From positions 66,154,001-66,218,000 of the forward strand of contig NC_043007.1 of the NCBI RefSeq assembly GCF_006345805.1: a DNA stretch of 64,000 nt, in the 5' to 3' direction. Position 1 is the stretch's first letter; the number at the start of each line of letters is the position of its first letter. This DNA comes from Octopus sinensis (Eukaryota). Shown here one piece after another: positions 40,931 to 51,907 of the stretch. The translations under genes and the position numbers were made by a program. The notes below the pieces were generated by a model. It made no database searches. It was not told the DNA's origin and worked only from the letters and a program-made list of their open reading frames with translations.

Positions 40931-43900
40931 AGAGCTGCTAGGGTGAGCTAAAGCTCATAAATGTATATAATGATTTTTCATGGTAGTTTTTTAAAGAATC
41001 CATTCATTATAATTTTTTTACGTAGTGTTGGTTTGCTACGTGGATATAGTTTTTAGTTCCATTTATTCTATTTCTCCATTCATAATTTAAATGACGTTTA
41101 ATTTCTATGGCGCGTATTCTCTCTTTTTTTTACATAAGTTATTTCTATGGTAACGTAATTTTGGTTTGGTTTTTTTAACGGCTAAGAATTTAATTTCACT
41201 TCATTATTTGAAATTGACTTGTAGTATGTATTTTATTTATCCTTATGTCATATTGTTATTTTGATATTCTGGTTAATTACGATGTATTTAATGTTGTTTT
41301 CATAGGAGTGTTTATGTATATGAGATTGTTTGTGAGTTTTTAGTTGTATTGTTATTTTATTTATCTGTATGAGTGTGTGTGTGTAAATATTGTTGTATAT
41401 ATCGAGTTTAGTGAGTATATATATGAGAATATGTGAGGGAGTATATGTATCTGTTGTGTGTGTGTGTTTTTGTGTGTGTGTGTGTTTGTGTGTGAATGTG
41501 TATATGGGTTGTTATTTAGGTTTTGGAATGTATGTGTTAATTGTCTGTGTGGGGAGGGGAGTGGGTTTTGGTGTATATTGAGGTTATAAATTAGGATAGG
41601 TATGTGTATAAGTCGTGGGTCTGTGGTTTACGAGTGTGTATTTGTGTGTGAATGTTTAGGTTTAGGGGGATTACTATATAGGTTTGTTATAGAGTTTAGC
41701 AAAGGGAGATTTTATTGTTATATGTTTTTATGAGTTTTGGTTTATCATGGTTATTTTAGGGAATTCGTGGTAATTTGTCTATTTTCGATGCTGGTTGTTT
41801 TATTACATTGTTTCATTCATAATTTTTGAGTGGTGTTCGTTTTGCCACGTGAATAACCGGGTGGTGGACTAGCGTTGCTTGGATTGTGAATGGAATAGTG
41901 TAGTAGTGAGGTAGGCATAGAGAATGGGTTGGGTTACTGCAAGTTGTTTGTTAGAGCTGCTAAGGTGAGCTAAAGCTCATAGATGTATATAATGATTTTT
42001 CATGGTAGTTTTTTAAAGAATCCATTCATAATAAATTTTTTAAGTAGTGTTGGTTTGCCACGTGGATATAGTTTTTAGTTCCATTTTCTATTTCTCCATT
42101 CATAATTTAAATGACGTTTACTTTCCATGGCGCGTATTCTTTTTTTACATAAGTTATTTCTATGGTAACGTAATTTGGGTTTGATTTTTTTAACGGCTAA
42201 GAATTTAATTTCACTTCATAATTTGACACTGAATTGTAAGTATGTATTTTATTTATCTTTATGTCATATTGTTATTTTTGATATTCTGGTTAATTACGAT
42301 GTATTTAATGTTGTTTTCATAGGTGTGTTTATGTATATGAGATTGTGTGCGAGTTTTTAGTTGTATAATTTATTTATCTGTATGAGTGTGGGTGTGTAAT
42401 ATTGTTGTATATATCGAGTTTAGTGAGTATGTATATGCGTATATGTGAGGGAGTATATGTATCTGTTGTGTGTGTGTGTTTTGCGTTGTGTGTGTGTGTT
42501 GTGTGTGAATGTGTATATGGGTTTGTTATTTAGGTTTTGGGATGTATGTGTTAATTTGTCTGTGTGGGAGGGAGTGGGTTTTGGTGTATATTGAGGTTTA
42601 TAAGTTAGGATAGGTATGTGTATAAGTCGTGTGGTGTCTGTGGTTTACGAGTGTTGTATTTGTGCGTGAATGTTTAGGTTAGGGAGATTGCTATATAGGT
42701 TTGTTAGTTATAGAGTTTAGCAAAGGGAGATTTATCGTTATATGTTTTTAGGAGTTTTGGTTTATCATGGTTTTTTTTTAGGGAATTCGTGGTGGTAATT
42801 TGTCTATTTTCGATGTTGTTGTTTTATTACATTGTTTCATTCATAATTTTTGAGTGGTGTTCGTTTTGCCACGTGAATAACCGGGAGGTGGACTAGCGTT
42901 GTTTGGAATTGTGAATGGAATAGTGTGTAGTAGTGAGGTAGGCATAGAGAATGGGTTGGGTTACTGCAAGTTGTTTTTTTTTACATAAGTTATTTCTATG
43001 GTAACGTAATTTTGGTTTGATTTTTTTAACGGCTAAGAATTTAATTTCACTTCATAATTTGACACTGAATTGTAAGTATGTATTTTATTTACCTTTATGT
43101 CATATTGTTATTTTTGATATTATGGTTAATTACGATGTATTTAATGTTGTTTTCATAGGAGTGTTTATGTATATGAGATTGTGTGCGAGTTTTTAGTTGT
43201 ATAATTTATTTATCTGTATGAGTGTGGGTGTGTAATATTGTTGTATATATCGAGTTTAGTGAGTATGTATATGCGTATATGTGAGGGAGTATATGTATCT
43301 GTTGTGTGTGTGTGTTTGCGTGGTGTGTGTTGTGTGTGAATGTGTATATGGGTTTGTTATTTAGGTTTTGGGATGTATGAGTTAATTTGTCTGTGTGGGA
43401 GGGAGTGGGTTTTGGTGTATATGGAGGTTTATAAGTTAGTTTAGGTATGTGTATAAGTCGTGGGTCTGTGGTTTACGTGTGTGTTTGTGTGTGAATGTTT
43501 AGGTTAGGGGGATTACTATATAGGTTTGTTATAGAGTTTAGCAAAGGGAGATTTTATCGTTATATGTTTTTTAAGAGTTTTGGTTATCATGGTCTTTTTT
43601 AGGGAATTCGTAGTAATTTGTCTATTTTCGATGTTGGGTTTTTTATATTGTTTCATTCATAATTTTTGAGTGGTGTTCGTTTTGCCACGTGAATTTTATT
43701 TTTAATTCCATTTATTCCATTTTCCATTCATTAATTTAGAGATGTTCGTTTCCAGAGCGGTTATACTTTATATATATATGTTAAGTTCCTTGGTAAAGTA
43801 ATTTTGTTTGGTGTATATGTTGAGGCTTATATGTACTTGTGGGTGTGTGTGAGTGGGGTGGGAGTTTGTATTTGTTATGGGTGTGTGGTTTACGAGTGGT

Positions 43901-44456
43901 TTGTGTGTGAATGTATAGGTTAAAGGAATTGCTATATAAGTATGTTTTAGTGTTTAGTAAAGGGAGGTTTTATCATTTCTGTTTTGTGAGTTTTAGCTTA
44001 TCATGGTAGTTTTATAAAAGAATCCATTCATAATTTTTGTGTTTATTGTCTGTGTGGGGTTGAGGGGTTTTGGAGTATATGTTGAGGTTTATATGTATGT
44101 ATTGGTATGTGTAAGTGGTGTGGGTATTTGTATATGTCGTGGGTGTGTGGTTTACGTGTGTGTATTTGTGTGTGAATGTTTAGGTTAGGGGGATTGCTAT
44201 ATAGGTTTGTTATAGAGTTTAGTAAAGGGAGATTTTATCATTATATGTTTTTATGAGTTTTGGTTATCATGGTAGGTTTGATAAGGAATTTGTAGTAATT
44301 TGTGTCTATTTGCGATGTCTGTTGTTTTATTGCATTGTTTCATTCATATTTTAAGTAGTGTTCGTTTTACCAAGTGAATATAATTTTTAATTCCATTTAT
44401 TCCATTTCTCCGTTCATAGTTTTGAGTGATGTCCGTTTTCTAGAGCGTGAATGTGG
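40931..44456. repeat. G/T-skewed tandem array of ~1022-bp units with diverged sub-repeats
   Basis: gagctgcta(g/a)ggtgagctaaagctcata at 40932 and 41954; partial third unit from ~42975; more divergent pieces to ~44450. Confidence 0.9.
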
Positions 44457-44888
44457 GTTGTATGTGTGTGTGTGTGGGAGTATGAATAAGTATTGTGTTG
44501 AAGTATTTAGCTATTTTATTTATTTATAGTTGCCTAGACATTTTTATGTGTATGTATAGGGATATATATATAGGTGTGTGATTTAGTGTATGTAGTTAGA
44601 TATGGTTATATATAATTAGGTATATGTGTATGGGTGTATATATAGTTTATTATTATTTATTATTATTTTTTTTGTTTTGTTTTATATTTTATATTTTATA
44701 TTTTATATTTTATATTTTATATTTAATGTTGATAGGTTTTTTTAGTTTATATATTGTTTATATATTGATTATATATGGATTATAGATAGGTTATATATGG
44801 ATTATATACTTATATTTTTTCATTCATACTTTAATTATTTTAAAATTATTATTTTTATATTTAAAATATTGATTTTTTAGATTGGAGT

Positions 44889-44931
44889 CCACCTGAAGAT
44901 TGTCGATCAAGACAAGAAACGATTGTAGTGG
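44889..44931 (+). ncRNA. Hammerhead ribozyme, copy 3 (inverted arm)
   Basis: ccac ctgaaga ttgtc gatcaa gacaa gaaac gatt gta gtgg read directly on the + strand. Confidence 0.75.
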
Positions 44932-45189
44932 CGGTTTTTTTGACTATTTATTAAAATTTTATGTATTGATTAAGTCTTTCCTTGTTTGTTTTGCAAAATA
45001 GTGGTTTGTCTCTAATAAATTTTATAATATTTTACTATAAAATCGATTTAATCCTAAATCTGATTTTTTCCCTGTAAATTTGGATTTATTCCCTAATATT
45101 TATGATATATATATATATATAATATATATATATAGAATATATAATATATATATATAATATGTAGATATATATATATATAGATAGGTTAA

Positions 45190-45235
45190 GAGAGGTTAAG
45201 TCACACTGAATAATGTTTTCCTGAAGGTATTAGAC

Positions 45236-45320
<85 letters not shown>
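45190..45320 (+). repeat. 45-bp element end followed by (TAGA)n
   Basis: Identical to 48303-48347, which is also followed by (TAGA)n. Confidence 0.8.
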
Positions 45321-45770
45321 TACATATTTATTTAATATAGTAATATGTATATTATAGTATATATTATATTATCTATTATGTGTGTGTGTTGCGTGTGTGT
45401 GTCCGTGCGTGCACACTCGTGCATTCATACGTATATACGTGTATACATATTTTGTCTATTTATACTTAATATCTGGCTGGATGTTGTGCTCAGACGTATA
45501 TTGTTGTGAAAGTATCAATATACGTTTGTGTACGTATAAATTCTTTGTGAACTTGCGTAAAAACTGTCACACGAGTATTTAAGACAGAAATGTAAATAGC
45601 TATCTGTTAGAATTACGCTTAGCTGACATATCATCCTTCTCTCTACGCAGCAGGCAGATGAAAATGTCGTAAAAAGCCCGTCTCATCAGGTTTTTATGCC
45701 AGATATATGCCGCCATAGTGCGATGGGCTGGCAAGATAGGTGATAAATCTGTTACGTCATAACAACGTAC

Positions 45771-45810
45771 GACATTGACGGATTAGAGAAGCGTGTATAT
45801 CTGACAGTAA
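45771..45810 (-). CDS. Candidate 40-nt (or 30-nt) exon
   Basis: Long pyrimidine tract ctgtctttctctcttcgcctttcag|T; donor |gtacgt; alternative acceptor 10 nt downstream. Confidence 0.35.
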
Positions 45811-46801
45811 CTGAAAGGCGAAGAGAGAAAGACAGGGTGAGATAAAGACAGAGAACATACGAAATAGAAAAATTTCAGAGTAGCAAGCAAAGACTACTAT
45901 TGTACTGTCGAGAAACCAAAGACGACTGCTTCGGTGGGATATCAAATTGTCAACTGCCCAGTCGGTGTTTTCTGTCCAATAATCGACGTGTGTCCATGAC
46001 CAAGGAAAATAATTCTTCTGGTCGTGTCCTTACAATCACGACTCTTTAACAACGACGGACGAGTCTACCTAACTTTTAATAATTTACTCATGTTCCGTAG
46101 CTTTTCTTTCTTCTTCCTTTCCTGTCTGTATTGTGCTGTATATAGGTCATTCTTAGTCTCTTCCGGGAGAGCATTTTGGCTTTCTTCTCTTTCTTTTCTT
46201 GTCAGCATTCTACTCAATTTTTCTTCATTCTGGAAAAATAGATACATAAAATGAGTGGTTCCTACTTACTTGCACTCCTTTCTTACAGCGTAACGTAGCC
46301 GAGTCGGAGAGGGAAAAAATGAGAGAGGGGGAGAGACAGACAGACAGACAGAAACAGACAGACAAAGAGACAGAAGATGCGTTTCTTATACTTGACTAAA
46401 GACAGCTAGCTGTTACCCGCGAAGGAATATGGCATGGTGACATGTACCAGACTTTTGTTATTTTGGGCGCTTAGATACAAGACGGCATAGATAACCTCTT
46501 GTCTCTCCTACACTATGACCCAACGGCACATCCAGGAGAGTAGGAGTTGCATTTTCAGGCGAATAGATTGGAGCAACGTAAAATTAATTACTTTGCTGAA
46601 GGATACAATGCTCTATCCTGTCCATGACATTATGATCGTTAGCTGAACGTCTTCAACAAAAGCGACTTCACTAGTAACTGACAGGCACCATATTTACTTA
46701 TTTCACCGAAGTCGAAAGGATGAAACAGAACGTAAACTCGGAAGAAATGTTGTAAAGCATTTCGTCCGGCATGCTAATGATTCTGCCGGGCAGCCACTTA
46801 C

Positions 46802-46835
<34 letters not shown>

Positions 46836-47155
46836 TAATAATAATAATAATAATAGTAATCCACAGAATCAACCCCACTTCCAAGATTGCTTGAGTGAGT
46901 AGCGTCATTATGAAGGCTAACAGAACAATATGGCAACAAACAGAATTGTCAAGTCGCATTGGTCGTCTCACGGATAAACAACGACTGCTTCTCTCAACAA
47001 AGAACCAGGCTAAGGTCGAAAATATTGTTATAAGAAGAAACTCTACCCCCTGCATGCTAGAGGATCACCACACCGAGGTCAACTTTTAACCAGGCTGTTA
47101 CATTTTAAGGCTTTAAGCTCTGCAAAGCTGGAAAGATAGAGTCAGAAAGAGCTTT

Positions 47156-47239
47156 GAGCAGAGCGTACAGAGCCTAGAGCAGAGCGTGCATAGACTAGAG
47201 CAGAACCTGCAGAGCCTAGAGCAGAGCCTGCAACGATAG
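47156..47239 (+). repeat. 21-bp tandem repeat x4 (heptad EQSVQSL-type)
   Basis: gagcagagcgtacagagccta / gagcagagcgtgcatagacta / gagcagaacctgcagagccta / gagcagagcctgcaacgatag. Confidence 0.85.
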
Positions 47240-48343
47240 CAACAGGACCTAGGAACTTCTGTTTCCAAAACGCAATCTGTCGTAGCCCTGACAATGGTTG
47301 AATGGATCCTAAACAAAAGCGAGCAAAACGTAAGGGTTCGGTGCTTCCAGGGAAGTTAGGAATTTTCCTATAGTTAGTTAACGATAAACTGATAGCTACT
47401 CTGGACGTACTGCAGGAAGAATGAGGTAAAGATAATGTATGGAATATATTATAAAGAGTGTGTGGAAAGAGAGACAGATATAGGGAGGGAAAGAAGAGAC
47501 AGAAGTAAAGTAGAAATACAAAAAAGAAGCAATGGGTTCAGATAGACTTACATAAAGGGGAAAAAAAAGAAAAAAAGGAAAAGATAAAAATGGATCACAT
47601 ATCAAAGAAAGACTGAAAAAGTAGCAAAACAAAGAAAATGCTAAAGAAATTAGGAAAAGCGAAACAAAAAAATAATAGTCAAATGGAAAAAGAGAAACAA
47701 AGAAGAGGTGAATGAAAGAATGGAAAATAGAAGATTGAAAGGGAAAAGAAACAAGAGAAAAATATCAAAATTTAGAAAGCGAGGGAAAACAAAAATAAAA
47801 GTGAAAGTGAAACTAAATGAATACCAGAATGATGGAATGCTATAAATGAAACACAAGAATGCAACAAAAGGAAGAGAGAGAAAAATATTGTTTAAAAAAA
47901 AATGGCCGAAAGAACGAAACCGTAAGAATTATTCTAAGAAAGGTTTTCAGGAAATATCTTGGGAAAAAACATGAAGAATAATCAAAATAAATACAAGAAT
48001 GTGAAGGAAACGAGATATTTCAGAATAAAAGGAAGAGGGAGGGCGGGGTGAAAAATAAAATAAATATTTTCTTTTGACGATCCTAAAACCGGAAATGAGA
48101 TTATTCGGCAGAATATCTTTTACAGCAACAGGAGGGTCGCTGAACCTGCTAGAAATAACCACCAAATCTCTCATTCACTCGCTTTCTTTCTCTTTCTCTC
48201 TCTCACCTGCGTTCTCACTCTCTCTCATCCAGTCTCTTTCTCTCATCCAGTCTCTCTCTCATCCGGTCTTTCTCTCTCTTGAACCACATTTTATCTCCTT
48301 GAGAGAGGTTAAGTCACACTGAATAATGTTTTCCTGAAGGTAT

Positions 48344-48416
<73 letters not shown>

Positions 48417-48528
48417 GCAAGATTGACACGGCTTGAATGGCTTTAATCAAAAGTTAGTTAAATAAGGGTTGACCTGCAATTAGATAACATGAACAAAAAC
48501 TACTGCTGCTGCTGCTACTACTACTACA

Positions 48529-48589
<61 letters not shown>

Positions 48590-49286
48590 TCACTACTACT
48601 GCTACTGCTGTTATTGATGCCATTACATCAATATAATCCGCAAAATTGGGTAGTAAACATCAGCTTGGTGCTAGAATTCAGTCTGTCACCCGTTTTGACA
48701 CCATAACCTGACCCCTTGCGTGCTTTTAGCGAAAGCCTAAATGATTTTGCATTTGAAGACAAGATGCTTTTGCAAGTATTTGGACCTTGTCTCCGTTTTG
48801 AAGCTAACTTCCTCTCACCTTTTCACCAGATTGAGAAGACCTTTGAAAGGTCATAGGCACTACCTACTCACCTGACTAAACGATAAAAACAAAAACCAAT
48901 TCTTAGGTGCGTAGATTTTTCAAGATTCCATGGAGATTTATTTATTTATTTATTTATTTATGTTGATGGTATCTTATATCCTTTCTGATACACTGTGATT
49001 GGACTCCAAATTCGGGGGAAACGAAAGGAGAGAGAGAGAGAGAGAGAGGGGTGGGAGAGAGAGAGAGGGGGGGGGGAGAGAGAGAGCAGAGGCAGATAGA
49101 GAGTGAGAGACAGAAAGGAAAGAAGGAAGGAAGAAAGAAAGAAAGAAAGAAAGGAAGGACGAACGAAGGAAAGAAAAAGAATGAAGGGGAGAGAGGAAGA
49201 AAGAAATAACGAAATAAATAAATGAATGAATAAATAAATTAATAATAAAAGAGAAAGAAAGAAAGAAGGAAAGAAGAAAGAAGAAA

Positions 49287-49335
<49 letters not shown>

Positions 49336-49974
49336 AATGAAGAAATGAAGAAAAAGGAAGAAAGAAAGAACAAATTGATTTCAATATTTGACTGTTTATT
49401 AAAACCAAAGGAATGAATGGTTAAGTTGACCTTACCGTAATTTGAACTGAGAACATAAACAGCTGAAACACGTATCCATATGCTATCAAAAATATTTTTC
49501 ACAGCTTTCCAATTTTTTCTCCAAACTTTATTTTCTCCACGCTAAACGATGTGTCGGATATACTGCTTCGACCTCCGGCCAACACGATGCTTGGAGAAAA
49601 AAAAAACCCTTCTGATTTTGTGTACCTCTTCCATCACCACCAACACCAAGTCAGTAGTCACTGATTTTGGTGATACTTAAAATGAGATGAATTTCTGAGT
49701 TTCAGTTTCTTATTCGGCCGTTTTCAGAGCGACCACTTAGCAGGCGAAATCTTCCTTCCTGTCGTTTAACTCTTTAGCATTTAAACCGGCCATATTGGAC
49801 CCAAACATTGTAACTGATTCTATGTACTTCCTCCATTACTACCACCAACAATACCAAATCAGTAATCACTGGTGTTGATGATGTTTAAAATGAGATGACT
49901 TTCTGAGTTTCTGTTTCTGATCCGGCCATTTTCAGAACGGCTACTTATCAAGCAAAGTCTTCCTCCCTGCCGTC

Positions 49975-50200
49975 TAACTCCTTAACATTTAAACCGGTCA
50001 TATTAGGCCCAAAGATTCTATGTGTTTTAGGTTCAATCTGGTCAAATCCAAACTCTTACACCTACCCTACAATGTGATTCTCGAAATCTACAATCACATC
50101 ATCAAAATCTCAAAGCTACAAAGTAATGCACTATTAATTCAAAGCAATGTGAATAAATAAGCATTACATTTGACAGATAATATGAATGCTAAAGGGGTAA
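49975..50200. mobile_element. MITE-like element with TTAA-type (piggyBac-like) ends
   Basis: Left taactccttaacatt (better partial copy tttaactctttagcatt at ~49766), right aatgctaaaggggtaa. Confidence 0.45.
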
Positions 50201-50314
50201 AATTCAGAGATCTGCTAATACTGCTGCCTTGCCTCTGACAGCTTCCATCCTCCTGGTTTTCCCCCTTTTACTCCACTTGGATAAAAGACCATCTTGTGAT
50301 TTTTGCTTACTCAC

Positions 50315-50344
50315 GTAGTTATAGAATATTCTGTCTTTCTGTTC
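50315..50344 (-). CDS. Candidate 30-nt micro-exon (EQKDRIFYNY or NRKTEYSIT)
   Basis: Branch-like gctaat, acceptor tttgctttactatag|G, consensus donor |gtgagt. Confidence 0.45.
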
Positions 50345-50692
50345 CTATAGTAAAGCAAACGTCAAGAATTAGCATTTCCGTAACGCAGCTCAAGAAAAAT
50401 GCCCCCTCGACAATTTTAGTTTCTGCAGCAATAGTTTGAGAGCCAACAAGTGCAGATAAGACAAGTGAGGCTGCCCTTCACAGCCTGAGAGCGCGATATG
50501 AAACGGTTCCACGAAGTGGTAATGCTCTCTCATCAAATAGCAGTTTCCGCTAAGCAATACTATTTACTAGCTTCTAAAAGCAGGTCCGAAACCTGCTACT
50601 TGTGATGGTCGAACTTATCGAAAACTTTCAACTGATCCAAATGAAACTGATGATGATGATGATGATGATGATTGTGATGATGATGATCCTTT

Positions 50693-50855
50693 CTATTACA
50701 GGCACAAGGCCTGAAGTTTGATGGGAGGGGTGATTCGATTACATAGACCCCTAAAGGATGAAAGGCAAAGTCGACCTTGGCGAACTGGGAACATAAAAAC
50801 GGACGAAATGCTGCTAAGCATTTTTCCCGGCATGCTAACGTTTCTGCCAGCTCCT
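50693..50855 (-). mobile_element. SINE family A
   Basis: aaggatgaaaggcaaagtcgacc...gctaacgtttctgccagctc. Confidence 0.75.
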
Positions 50856-51907
50856 CCGACTCAAAAGTTGCAGTATTTCCATTGTGTGTATGTTAAGAAA
50901 TATTGGGGTTTATCACTCTAATCTCCACACTTCCATTTCCCGAGTTTTCCTTTAGATTGTTTGGTAGTCCTAATAGCTCCTAGTTTATTTCGCAAAAAAC
51001 TATGAACTTTCTTTCGACGTGAGGAGAGATTAGCTCATGAATTTTTATATGCCTCTTCTTGGAGTGTATATTATTTTACGAGTAGTTATTTTCTTATTAT
51101 TTTCTGTAGTTTACCACCAAGCTCGACTTTCTGCATTATCTCAAGGTAACGGGAGAACGGGCTCTCTAAAATCCCTAGACAGCTCATGAAATCAAAATCA
51201 AGGATGTCCCCATCGTCAACCTGGAGCCTAGTCCAGTGGTACCCATAGTTTTAGCTTTTCCAGCTCTTTCATGCAGAAAGATCAAACGACCAGTCTAAAA
51301 ATTTCCTTTAACTAACCACTACACGATAAAACTCTGGGGTCATTTTGTGCGTTTTTACAGTTATGATAACTTGTATATCCATAGAGATATCCCACTAGAC
51401 TACATATTGTCCAAAGTTACGCCAGCATTGATCTCCTTTTCATATAGGAGATGGTCAATAATGATCTTGACAGTGACCAACCTGTTCGTCCATATCAAAT
51501 ATTACATCAGGCCGCGTTCGACGTATTAACTGCTTTGCTCGGAGTTCGGTTTTAAAACAACACATTGTGACATATACATGCTTTCCCATTCTCGATTAAG
51601 CCTTCTTTCGATTTATCAGTAACATCTGTTTCCAGCTGCTCTTTCAAGCGCTCAGGGAAAGCCTCTGTGGCCTTGCCAATGAATAGGTAATTTATGTCCC
51701 TCTTTCTTGCGTCTGTATAACATTTTCGAATAGCAAAGCGTCGGCTTTTGTCACATAATGCCTCCAAGTGGACAGTTTACATTTAGTCCTTCTATGTGTG
51801 AAGTTTCTCTGAGTCCAAATTATGTTCCGGAAATCCAAATTGCTCCTTCATTAAAATTTCGTTTTCTCAGACTTATCGCTATAGCCGTTCTTTCCTGTAA
51901 TATTCTC

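Larger units (their letters stand above)
39248..45103. mobile_element. Composite Penelope-like element: direct pLTR-like repeats, N-terminal ORF, inverted arm and internal tandem array
   Basis: 272-bp direct repeat 39248-39519 / 40354-40625; inverted arms 40276-40930 / 44457-45103; PLE ORF between the direct repeats; (TA)n on both outer flanks. Confidence 0.85.

Noticed and set aside
40931-44456. CRISPR-like array
   Set aside because: Eukaryotic context; long diverged units without unique spacers; no cas genes
51350-51800. ORF 51552-51767 as an exon or RT fragment
   Set aside because: No convincing splice sites on its strand and no reliable RT motif
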